From the NCBI GenBank assembly GCA_039680575.1, contig JBDKSP010000022.1, positions 1 to 48,845 on the forward strand: DNA of 48,845 bases. Direction: 5' to 3'. The translations under genes and the position numbers were made by a program. The stretch is from Armatimonadota bacterium. Lineage in GTDB: Bacteria > Armatimonadota > UBA5829 > DTLH01. Shown here piece by piece: positions 1-10,300 of this stretch. The notes under the pieces are model-generated. The model searched no databases, had not been told where the DNA came from, and saw only the letters and a program-made list of their open reading frames with translations. Position 1 is the stretch's first letter, and every line of letters begins with the position of its first letter.

Positions 1-194
1 GATCTATATCGAGTCAGAGCACGATAGACTGTGCGTTCGCAAACCTTGAAGATATCCATAATATCTTCTACATGTCTGCCTTCATCATATAGAAGTACGA
101 TGTGGCAGCGCGTGCGCTGATTGGCATTGGACGTTGTCCGAAATACATATTCAAGATACTGTCGGTCTTCAGTAGCAAGAGGAAAGACATCCAT
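1..194 (-). mobile_element. IS630-family-like transposase, N-terminal HTH (partial; runs off the window start)
   Basis: Manual translation of the minus strand from ATG at 194 gives MDVFPLATEDRQYLEYVFRTTSNANQRTRCHIVLLYDEGRHVEDIMDIFKVCERTVYRALTRYR with no stop. A GGAGGT SD lies upstream. The R..I.LL..G....I.....V...TVYR...RY pattern is typical of IS630 HTH domains. Not in the ORF track; the catalytic domain is outside the window. Confidence 0.7.
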
Positions 195-259
195 CGGAAT
201 AGTACCTCCGATATCTCTTTCCCTATGGAAGCCTACTGAAACCAACGGGGGCTACTTAG

Positions 260-1282
260 ATGAAAATTCTAGTTACCGGCTCGTCGGGTTTTGTAGCCGG
301 CTATCTTATAGAAGAGTTGCTGAATGCCGGACATGAGGTTATCGGCATTGACAACCTCTCCAAATATGGACAAGTAGTAAAGAGTTACGACAATAATCCT
401 CGCTATAAGTTCGTGCAAGGCGACTGTAAGGATGTAGAGCTTCTGAAAAGTCTCGCCAGCGACTGCGATCAATTGGTGGCAATCGCTGCTATGATCGGCG
501 GAATCTCCTACTTCCACCAGTACGCTTACGACCTGCTAGCCGAGAATGAGCGGATCGTTTCCAGCACATTTGACGCGGCAATATGGGCGCACAAAAATAA
601 AAACCTGTCCCGGATCATCGTCGCTTCATCATCAATGGTTTTCGAAAGCACAACCAAGTATCCATCCGCAGAGGGCGACCAACTCAAGTGTCCGCCTCCG
701 CTTTCAACCTATGGCTTCCAGAAACTTGCCTGCGAGTATTTCGCCAAAGGAGCATGGGAGCAGTATAAGCTGCCGTATACCATCGTCAGACCTTTCAACT
801 GCGTAGGTATAGGAGAGAAGCGCGCGGTTGGCGGATGCGATACCAAGAGCGGTAATATCGAGCTTGCATTAAGTCATGTCGTGCCTGACCTCGTACAAAA
901 AGTGCTGAAAGGACAGGATCCGCTGGAGATACTTGGCAGCGGCAGCCAGATCAGGCATTACACATACGGCGGAGACCTTGCGCACGGCATCAGGCTCGCT
1001 ATGGAGAGCAACAAAGCTATAAATGAAGACTTCAACCTGTCGACTCCGGTCTCGACCACGGTTCTCGAACTCGCGGAAGTCATCTGGAAGAATATCCACG
1101 GAGACAGCAAGCCATTCCGCTATGTTTCCGCTAAACCATTCCTGTACGATGTTCAGAAGCGCGTGCCGGATGTCAGCAAAGCGAAGGAAGTGCTTGGCTT
1201 CGAAGCTGCCACATCCCTTGATGCGATGCTCGATGAAGTCATCCCGTGGATAAAGGCTCAGATAGATACAGGAGCTTTTTGA
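260..1282 (+). CDS. NAD-dependent nucleotide-sugar epimerase/dehydratase (extended SDR)
   Basis: N-terminal ILVTGSSGFVA Rossmann motif, SSS and YGFQK (YxxxK) catalytic motifs, RPFN and Q.R.YTY motifs. Confidence 0.93.
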   Translation: MKILVTGSSGFVAGYLIEELLNAGHEVIGIDNLSKYGQVVKSYDNNPRYKFVQGDCKDVELLKSLASDCDQLVAIAAMIGGISYFHQYAYDLLAENERIVSSTFDAAIWAHKNKNLSRIIVASSSMVFESTTKYPSAEGDQLKCPPPLSTYGFQKLACEYFAKGAWEQYKLPYTIVRPFNCVGIGEKRAVGGCDTKSGNIELALSHVVPDLVQKVLKGQDPLEILGSGSQIRHYTYGGDLAHGIRLAMESNKAINEDFNLSTPVSTTVLELAEVIWKNIHGDSKPFRYVSAKPFLYDVQKRVPDVSKAKEVLGFEAATSLDAMLDEVIPWIKAQIDTGAF

Positions 1283-2085
1283 TGCCGGTTAGTGACATAT
1301 CTCTTGTCATCCCAGTCTATAACGAGGGTGATAATGTCCCGCCTTTGTTCGATGCCATAGAGAAGAACATTGGCACGGATGTTGAAATTCTGATATGTTA
1401 TGATTTTGAGGAAGATAACACTTTGCCGCCTGTCCGAGAGCGGGCGGCAAAGTTCTCTAACCTCAGACTGGTGAAAAACCACTACAAACGCGGCCCTCTT
1501 GGCGCAATTAAGACTGGATTTGATGAAGCAAGCAGGCCTGCTGTTGTGGTAATGATGGCAGACCTCTCCGATGACCTCTCAGATGTATCCAAAATGGCGG
1601 AACTGTTCAGAAACGGGTGCAAAATCGTTGCAGGTTCCAGGTATATGAAAGGCGGTAAGCAGATCGGCGGTCCCAGGCTGAAGAAAACTCTTTCCAGGCT
1701 TGCCGGAGTCTCTCTTCACTATCTGGTCGGCCTGCCTACGCATGACGCCACGAACAGTTTCAGGTTATACGCAAAGGAACTTCTGGAATCCACCAAGATC
1801 GAAAGCGATGGCGGGTTCGAGCTCGGAATAGAGCTGACGGTCAAGGCCCGCATCCGTGGAATGAAGATCGGTGAGGTCCCGACTACTTGGACCGACCGAA
1901 CCGCTGGTACATCGCGTTTCAGGCTCTGGAAATGGCTGCCCAAATATCTCAGATGGTACTTCCGTGCAATATCGGGCACCTGGTTCAAAATGTTTAGGCG
2001 CAGCAAGACAGCCGCTTTGCAGATTACTTTAGAACCCCAGACAAGGAGCAGACATGGGCGAAAAAGCAACCACAGGTCAAAATGA
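1282..2085 (+). CDS. GT2 glycosyltransferase, polyprenol-phosphate (DPM1/GtrB-like)
   Basis: ISLVIPVYNE, MMADLSD, GSRY..GG, DATNSFRLY and EVPT.W.DR.AG.S motifs. Start placed at ATG 1282 (TGATG overlap with the epimerase, GGAG at 1271). Confidence 0.9.
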   Translation: MPVSDISLVIPVYNEGDNVPPLFDAIEKNIGTDVEILICYDFEEDNTLPPVRERAAKFSNLRLVKNHYKRGPLGAIKTGFDEASRPAVVVMMADLSDDLSDVSKMAELFRNGCKIVAGSRYMKGGKQIGGPRLKKTLSRLAGVSLHYLVGLPTHDATNSFRLYAKELLESTKIESDGGFELGIELTVKARIRGMKIGEVPTTWTDRTAGTSRFRLWKWLPKYLRWYFRAISGTWFKMFRRSKTAALQITLEPQTRSRHGRKSNHRSK

Positions 2086-4093
2086 GTCATGGATAAAGAA
2101 GCACAAGGCATTCCTGATACTTCTGGTTATCTACCTGCTTGTACCTTTTACACTGGACACCCTTGGTAAGTTTGGAATAGTCGATGATTCACCTTACCTG
2201 TGGAGCATGCAGAAATATGTAGATACCGGCAGTTACCATTGGAATGGCTGGAGCGCCATGAGTCTTGTAGGACAGCTGTGGCTTGCATTACCTTTAGTAA
2301 AGCTGTTTGGGGTTTCTTATGGAGTCCTCCGAATATTCGCTCTCTTTATGGGACTCATCTGCTTTGCTTCACTGTACTTCATCGCACTTAACATTAATTG
2401 CAGACCCAAACTTGCCGCGCTTATCGCCGCAGGTCTTTGTGCTACGCCGGTTTTTTACCGTGTAGCGTTTTCCTTTATGACTGACGCAACAGCCCTTGCA
2501 ATGGGGTTCGTAGGACTTCTTCTTCAGATCATAGCCTTGAAGAGAAGAAAACCTCTTATTCTGCTTGCCGGAGGGGTATTTACTGCTTATTCCATACTGA
2601 TAAGACAAAATGGGATCTTCTGGTGTCTTGGACTACTCCTTTATGTGCTGTTTGAAAACAGGCAAATCAGGCGGCAGTTTTTACCCTGGGCGCTGTTAAT
2701 AGTGGCGCTGAACTTTGGCACGATGATGTGGTATAACAAGTGGTCCGCTGGCCTTGGTTGTGAATCATTACCTATGGTCACCTTGACAGCTATCAGGCCT
2801 GATTCCATCGTCTGGATGATCGTAATGTCAATGGTTAATATCGGACTGGTGGCTTTACCCTTTGTGCTGGGTGGGCTGGGCTACCTGCTGAAAGACCGCC
2901 CGCCAAGGCTAATCAAGCTGATCCTGCTGTCCTGGACTATGACAGCGGCACTGGTTGCCATATCCGGACGAGTCCGCATACTGGATGCAGGTGATCTCCT
3001 TGTATATCTAAAGATGGGTTTCCCCAAAAGCCCACATGCACTGTTTGATATGATCCCTGGCGGACAACTGCCGGCAATGAACTATCAGATGCCATTTCCG
3101 CTGACAATATTATGCCTGATATCGGGAGGTATTGTCGCTGCGGTAGTCGTGGAGAAGCTAATCGGCTCGATCATGACTATATGTGGATCCGCAATCAAAA
3201 ATCCATCTAAACAGGTTTTGCTCAAGAAAGCTGTTCTGTGGCTCGCACTGCTCAACACGATTCTTTTGCCGCCTATGGTTATTGCCCAACATGCAGTCAT
3301 GGAGGGCATACGCGGATTTGTACACGTACTGCGGTCGATTGAAACACATAAGGCAGTGTCGGATGCGCTGACGGCTGAAAAACTGTCCCGGAACCTTATG
3401 GCGTACCATCTATGGCTTGTAGTCATTGCAATAACAACCGTTGTGCTATGGGTTCTGTACTTCCGGCTCAAGCATGCGCAGGTTGATGAGGTTTCCAAAC
3501 CGGTTGAAGAAAAGAAAGCGCCGACCTTGCAAGCTCTTCTATATTGGGCTGCCTTGACGCAACTCCTGGGGACATGGGTCGCAGGGGGAGTAATGGACCG
3601 TTATTTTCTGCCGGCGATTCCAATGTTTTGCTTGCTTGTGGCAAGAAGGATTCCCAATAAGCGGTTCAATTCTTTCATAGCTATAGGTGTCATATTGATT
3701 ATGGGAATGTTTTCATGGAGTATGATCCACGATGTTGCTTCATGGAACCAGGCACGAAACTCTATGTGCCAGAAGTGGCTCGATTCCGGCATAAGCCCAA
3801 ATGACATCGAAGCAGGATTCTGCTGGAATGTGGATCATGGAAAGCTTCCCCTGACACCACCAAGTAAACGAAATGATATTCATCTGCAAAATCCTTTCGT
3901 TTGGGACACGAGCCTATTTCCAGAAAAGACCGGCAAATATACAATTTCCTTTACTGAACTGCCGGGCTACACAACGGTCAGCAAGGCAACTTACTCATCC
4001 ATAATACCGCTGCGAAAAAACACTCTTTACGGATTACGCTGGAATGGGACAGCTATTCCTGCAGGAGAGCGTGTTAAGATGCTGTCAAATTAA
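2054..4093 (+). CDS. Polytopic membrane glycosyltransferase, GT-C fold (ArnT/PMT-like)
   Basis: DD motif in the first loop (IVDDSPY), FMTD, IRQ and DRYFLP motifs, many hydrophobic helices; GGAG SD at about 2046. Confidence 0.75.
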   Translation: MGEKATTGQNESWIKKHKAFLILLVIYLLVPFTLDTLGKFGIVDDSPYLWSMQKYVDTGSYHWNGWSAMSLVGQLWLALPLVKLFGVSYGVLRIFALFMGLICFASLYFIALNINCRPKLAALIAAGLCATPVFYRVAFSFMTDATALAMGFVGLLLQIIALKRRKPLILLAGGVFTAYSILIRQNGIFWCLGLLLYVLFENRQIRRQFLPWALLIVALNFGTMMWYNKWSAGLGCESLPMVTLTAIRPDSIVWMIVMSMVNIGLVALPFVLGGLGYLLKDRPPRLIKLILLSWTMTAALVAISGRVRILDAGDLLVYLKMGFPKSPHALFDMIPGGQLPAMNYQMPFPLTILCLISGGIVAAVVVEKLIGSIMTICGSAIKNPSKQVLLKKAVLWLALLNTILLPPMVIAQHAVMEGIRGFVHVLRSIETHKAVSDALTAEKLSRNLMAYHLWLVVIAITTVVLWVLYFRLKHAQVDEVSKPVEEKKAPTLQALLYWAALTQLLGTWVAGGVMDRYFLPAIPMFCLLVARRIPNKRFNSFIAIGVILIMGMFSWSMIHDVASWNQARNSMCQKWLDSGISPNDIEAGFCWNVDHGKLPLTPPSKRNDIHLQNPFVWDTSLFPEKTGKYTISFTELPGYTTVSKATYSSIIPLRKNTLYGLRWNGTAIPAGERVKMLSN

Positions 4094-4127
4094 CAGGTTT
4101 TAGGTCAATATACTGTTCTAGCTGCCG

Positions 4128-4156
4128 GTCTTTTTCCCAGGAAATGGGCCGGCAGA
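4128..4156 (+). terminator. GC-rich hairpin after the GT-C gene
   Basis: CTGCCGGTC...GGCCGGCAG stem; no clear U tract. Confidence 0.4.
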
Positions 4157-4249
4157 AGCACATGCGCCTCATCGAGCAGGACTACCCAAAGCTAAGAAAT
4201 ACATTTGAACTTAACCACCGTATAAATGCCATAATTGCGAACATACGGG

Positions 4250-4278
4250 TTGACATCCGTAACAAGCTTGCATATACT
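4250..4278 (+). promoter_or_regulatory. sigma70-type promoter for the giant protein gene
   Basis: TTGACA (4250-4255), 17-nt spacer, TATACT (4273-4278). Confidence 0.8.
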
Positions 4279-4331
4279 TCAGATGTACCACCACTTTTGT
4301 GTCATATATCTTCAAGGAGCGTGTAGCAGGC

Positions 4332-7300
4332 ATGCGTAAACTGGTAGTAACAACAATCCTCTGTATTTGTGCAATTTTCTCCTTCTATATCTCAGCAGAA
4401 TGTGCCGTCATACATGTCAGTACGTCTGGCAATGATGCAAACAGCGGCGAGAGCTGGGACTTGGCTAAAAAGACTATAGCCGCAGGCTTAACCGCCGCTG
4501 CTTCAGGTGATCAAGTTTGGGTAGCCAAAGGCTCTTACAATGAATATATCACTGTGAAGTCAGGGGTGGCGCTTTATGGAGGATTCCTCGGAAATGAGGG
4601 ATCTCTGAGTGAGCGACCTGCATTTCCCAGGCCTGTTACGGATCCTGCGGAGACAATTATTGTTTCTCATTATAGCAACACTGCAATAACTGCTAGTACC
4701 GGAGCTACAGGAGTTGATGGCTTTACGATAAAGACTTCTGATGTCGGCGGTGGTTCATCTGGAATAAATGCTCAAGGTGGATCAACAGTTGTATGCAACA
4801 ACACTATAATAGGGCAGTGGGACTGCGGTGTATATTGTACAGGCCCAACCATCGTAACAAACAACCGCATCATTTCTTGCAGGACCTACGGCATATATTC
4901 CTCGAACGGTTCCCCTACTATCGCAAACAATATAATAGCCGGTAATGGATATGGCGGAATTTATTGTACAACTACATCCTCAGCAACCATTACAAACAAT
5001 ACGATTTTGGACAATAGTACAAACAAAGATTATGGCGGCGGAATTGTCTGTAGTTCCGCAGCGGTCACTATATCCAACAACATAATTGCCTTTAACCGGT
5101 CAGGGATAACTAATACACAAACAACAAGCAGTCCTGTACTGAATAACAACTGTGTCTACAATCCCGAAGGAACCAATTACATAGGCTTATCCGCCGGAAC
5201 CGGAGACATTTCCGAAGATCCGAAGATTGTTTCCGCGGAATATCGGCTGATACATCTCAGACAAGACTCCCCTTGTATCAACAAAGGCAATAACAGCCAG
5301 GTGCAGAGCGACTGGGTGGATATTGATGGTTTATCACGCATCTATGATTCAACCGTAGATATGGGCGCTGATGAGTATGATGGCACCGAGTGGAGTTCTG
5401 AGCATGCTATTGTCCGTGTCAGTCCTTCCGGTGACGATGTAAATAACGGCTCCACCTGGCAGCTTGCAAAACGGACACTAAAGGCTGCTGTTGAACAGGC
5501 AGCCGTCTCCGGCGGTGAAGTATGGGCCGCAGCCGGAGTTTATAACGAGAATATATATCACTACCAGTATGTTTATATGTTTGGTGGGTTCGATGGCACT
5601 GAAAACAGCCGTATTCAGCGTGACTATAAGAAGAATCTCTCGATCCTCGACGGCGTTGGAACAACAAATCCTATAATAACATCATTTGGTGGGCTTCATC
5701 ATGGAATCATCGATGGCTTCGTTATCAGGAATGCCAGTCCGTCAGGAAATAACGGCAGTATCTACTGCTCCAATACAGATATAACAATATCGAATAACCT
5801 GTTCATCTGTAATAAAAGCAGCGCGGTCGGTTGCTATAGCGCCTCACCTAGAATATTGAATAACACCATCAAGAGTAATAAATCTACATATAGAAATGGT
5901 ATCTACTGCCTCAATTCTCCCGCTCCATTGATCGCTGGTAATATTATTACAGGAAACAGCGGAGGAAATGGAACCGGCATCTACAGTGAATCATCCTCAC
6001 CAGTAATAGTAAACAACACAATCATTGGAAACATCGGCGGTGGAGTAGTATATTTATTAGACTCCCCTGCTACTCTGTCCAATAACATCGTAGCATTCAA
6101 CTCCACCGGCATCTGTAAAACCGGCACAGGGACTGTAACTCTACGTAATAACTGTGTATACAACCCCAACAGCTATAACTACTCAGGATTATCTGCTGGT
6201 GAGGGAGATATATCAGTCGATCCGCGAGTCGTATCCGTTGAAAATGGTGAATTTCACCTGCAGCCTGTCTCAGAGTGTATCAATGCAGGAAGTGATATTG
6301 ATGTGCAGAGCGGATGTGTCGATATCGATGGCGGCAGCCGAATTTACGGAGGACGCGTAGACATAGGCGCTGATGAATATGATGAAACAATATGGATCAG
6401 TACACCTAATATAATCCGGGTCAGCGCCGCAGGAAGTGATGCGAATGATGGTTCCAGTTGGGACTTGGCCAAAAAGACAATCCAGTCTGCGATAGATGCT
6501 GCAGCTTTAAAGAGCGAAGGAGAGATATGGGTAGCTGCCGGTGTTTACAACGAGCAAATCAAATTATCTTCTTGCATTTGTTTGTACGGTGGATTTGCCG
6601 GAACGGAAAATACCAGGTCCGAGCGTAATTCGAGTTTATATAAGAGCGTAATTGACGGCAACGGTGTGTATAGTGGAATCGATGCATCATTTACCGGTTT
6701 TAAATCCAGCACAATTGATGGCTTTACCATTACCAATTCCTCCGGCTACGGCGTTTACTGTGGTCCATGCGCATTAACCATATCCAACAACCTGATAACA
6801 TCATGCAAAGACATCGCTATATATTCTAGCGGTTCGATGATGGTCTATAATAACAAGATCATCAAGAACAAAGGCAGTGTTAATGCCGGATCGAACTCTG
6901 AGATAGTCGGTAATACCATCATGGGAAACAGCCCACTTGGTGGGATAGTATCCTCATTAGGTTCCCAGATAATTGCTGACAATTTGATTTCTGGAAACAT
7001 GGTAAGTGATGGTGGTATTAAATGCGTTTCATGCGATTCGGCGGTGATCGAAAACAACATTATTCTAGGAAACACCTTATATTCAGGCAATGGCGGTAGA
7101 ACAGGAGGGATACTCTGCCGAAGCAATAGCACTGGCATAATCCGTAACAATACAATTAAGGGAAACTACGGTTACGGAATATATAGTTACTCCTCAGTGG
7201 GTACCATAGCCATTATTAATAACACTTTAGTTGGAAATACATATTCCGATGGTGGTGCCATATACCTGAATAATTCTCCAGCTAATGTAATTAATAACAT

Positions 7301-10300
7301 TGTGGCATTCAACTCATCCGGAATAGCTATACCCACTGGTAATACGGCTAGTGTGGTACTGCGCAACAACTGTGTATATAACCCTAATGGGACCAACTAT
7401 ACCGGTTTATCCGCGGGAGACAGCGATATATCCGTAGACCCCAAGTTTGTATCGAGCGAATATGGGGATGTTCACCTGCAGTCTGATTCTCCCTGTATTG
7501 ATACAGGTGACAGCAGCGCAGTGGAAACCAGCTGGCTGGACTTGGATGGTGAAAACAGGATCTACGGAGAAAATGTCGATATCGGCGCTGATGAGTTTAA
7601 TGGCACTATCCGAGATTTCAGCCCGAAAACCATCAGAGTCAGTCCGATTGGAGATGACAGCAATGATGGTTCCAGTTGGTACCTGGCAAAAAGAACAATC
7701 AACGCCGGTATATCTGAAGCTGCTATAGACGGTGGAGAAGTATGGGTTGCTGCAGGTACTTACAATGAGAATATCAGGCTTCTTCCTTACACTTATGTCT
7801 ATGGTGGTTTTGCAGGCACTGAAGTTGAGAGGTCTGCCAGAAATTGGGAGGCGAATGCCACGATAATCGACGGCGGCGCCGCAGGAAGTGCCGTATCAGC
7901 CACTTATATTCCCAGCAGTTCCGTATCCGGAATCAATGGCTTTATAATCCGAAACGGCTCCGGATCTACAATATCCGGCAAGGTGTATGGCGGCGGTATT
8001 TTCTGCTATTACGCATCACCCGTGATCGAAAATAACACCATAACCGAAAATATCGGCACCTATGGAGGTGGAATCGGATTATCGAACTCTTTCTCACGAA
8101 TAACAAATAACAGAATCACGGCAAACAGCAGCGGTTCGGGCAGCGGAATATACTGCGATAAGTCATCCCCTACCATAGACAACAATATCATCCTGGGGAA
8201 TATTGGCGGTACCAACGGACAAGGCGGAATATACCTCAACAATTCACCGGCCCAAATACTTAACAATACAGTATCAGGCAACTCCGGTTCAGGAGGAATT
8301 GTTTGTTACACTTCATCTGCAGTCATCGCAAACAACGTAATTAGCGCTAATTACAGCTATGGTTTATGGCTTTCCGGAAGTCCTTCGGCATTGGTAGTCA
8401 ACAACAGCATTACCGGACATGATAGAGGACTCCGTTGTGCAAATTCATCTCCTACTATAGTTAACAATCTGATCACTCACAATAATAGCACGGGAGTATA
8501 TGTAAGCGGGTCAACCAGTTCGCCCATATTGAAAAACAACTGCATTTATACTCTTAACGACGTTAACTATTCCGGCATAACTGATAAAACCGGAACAGAC
8601 GGTAATATTTCCGTTGATCCTAAAATTGCGTCTCCTGAATATGGGCAACTCTATTTACAGCCTGGTTCTCCCTGCATCGACGCAGGAGATAACAGTCTTG
8701 TTGATGGAAGTTGGCTGGACAGAAACGGCCAATCCCGAACACAAGATGGAAATGGAGACGCTACTGCTGTCACCGATATCGGAGCTTATGAATTCGACGG
8801 AACAGGAACCGTCTTTACACCCATTACAATAAGGGTCAGTACAACCGGCAATGATGCAAATGATGGAAACGACTGGAGCCATGCTAAACGGACAGTCCAG
8901 AACGCTATCGATACAGCTTTTATAAAGGGTGGCGAAGTATGGGTCGCCTCAGGAGTATACAACGAGCGGATCATTATTCATCCTTATGCTCATCTATTCG
9001 GAGGATTCTCTGGAGTAGAAACCACCAGAGCAGAACGCAATTGGGAAACGAATAAATCGATACTGGATGGAAATGCAAGCGGTACAGTTGTTACTTTCAA
9101 TATAGGTTATGATGTTTCTGCATCCGAAATAGATGGCTTTACCATACGTAATGGAAAATCCACATCGGGTGCAGGCATTTTTTGTAATTCAGATGTATCA
9201 CCGAGGATAATAAATAACACCATAGCCAATAATACAGGTGAAGGGATTTATTGTTATTCTACTTCAGCACCAAGGATAACAGGTAATAACATAACGGAGA
9301 ATGTCGGTTATGGAGTGAAAATCTATTACGCATCTCCAGTAATCACCCAAAACACCATTTCCCGAAATAAAGGCGGCGCCTATTTACTTTCTTCAGACTG
9401 CACGTTTACCAATAATGTGGTTAGTGAGAATACCCTGCCTTCTGGTAATGGCGGAGGCGTATATATTGAAGGATGCTTCGCAGATTTCAGAGACAATATC
9501 ATAAGTGGGAATTCCGCAGCGAACGGCGGGGGTATATATCATTCCAGTTTTGGCACTCCAATCTGGAACTGCGTTATAAAAGACAATACCGCGACTCAAG
9601 GCGGAGGAATATATTGCTATTCGTCTGAGATAGTAACCAATAACATCATCTCCGGTAATTCCGCAACATCAGGAAGCGGGATATATGTGAATCTTACAGC
9701 GTCACCTCTGATTACCAGCAATACAATCGTCGGAAATATCGGTAATTGCGGAAGTATCTACATATGTGAGGCTTCACCGCGTATAAACAACAATATAATC
9801 GCTTTTAATTCAGGCGGTATAGAGAAGTCTTCCATCAGCGGCAGTCCGACACTTGCGAACAACTGTGTATATAACCCATCAGGCGCCAATTATGTCAATC
9901 TGACAGCTGGAGGAGCGGATATTTCCACTGATCCCGGACTCACTTCTGATTATCATCTGCTTCCGAACTCTCCTTGTATTAATGCAGGGACGAATTCTGC
10001 CTATGTTATGTCTCAATATGATATTGACGGAGAATACAGGATATTTGCCTGCACAATAGACATCGGTGCCGATGAATTCTGCTGCACTCCGCTCACTGCT
10101 TCGGGTGTTAAGAGCGCGCAAAATGGTTGCTTTGTATATCTCGACGCGCCGGTTGTCAGCGCGATATACAACGACTGTTTTTATGTGGAAGCAGAGGACA
10201 GATCCTCGGGTATAAGAGTCTTCAAACAGTCTAACTCTTTATCCCTGGGCAAAAAGGTAAATATAATGGGTTGGATAAGAACTACACCGAACGGTGAACG

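Noticed and set aside
121..336. 71-aa plus-strand ORF
   Set aside because: Overlaps the better supported minus-strand transposase frame and the epimerase; no motifs
4408..10080. Recurrent sequence blocks as a possible CRISPR or DNA repeat array
   Set aside because: They are diverged protein-coding repeats inside one ORF; no identical repeats with unique spacers and no cas genes
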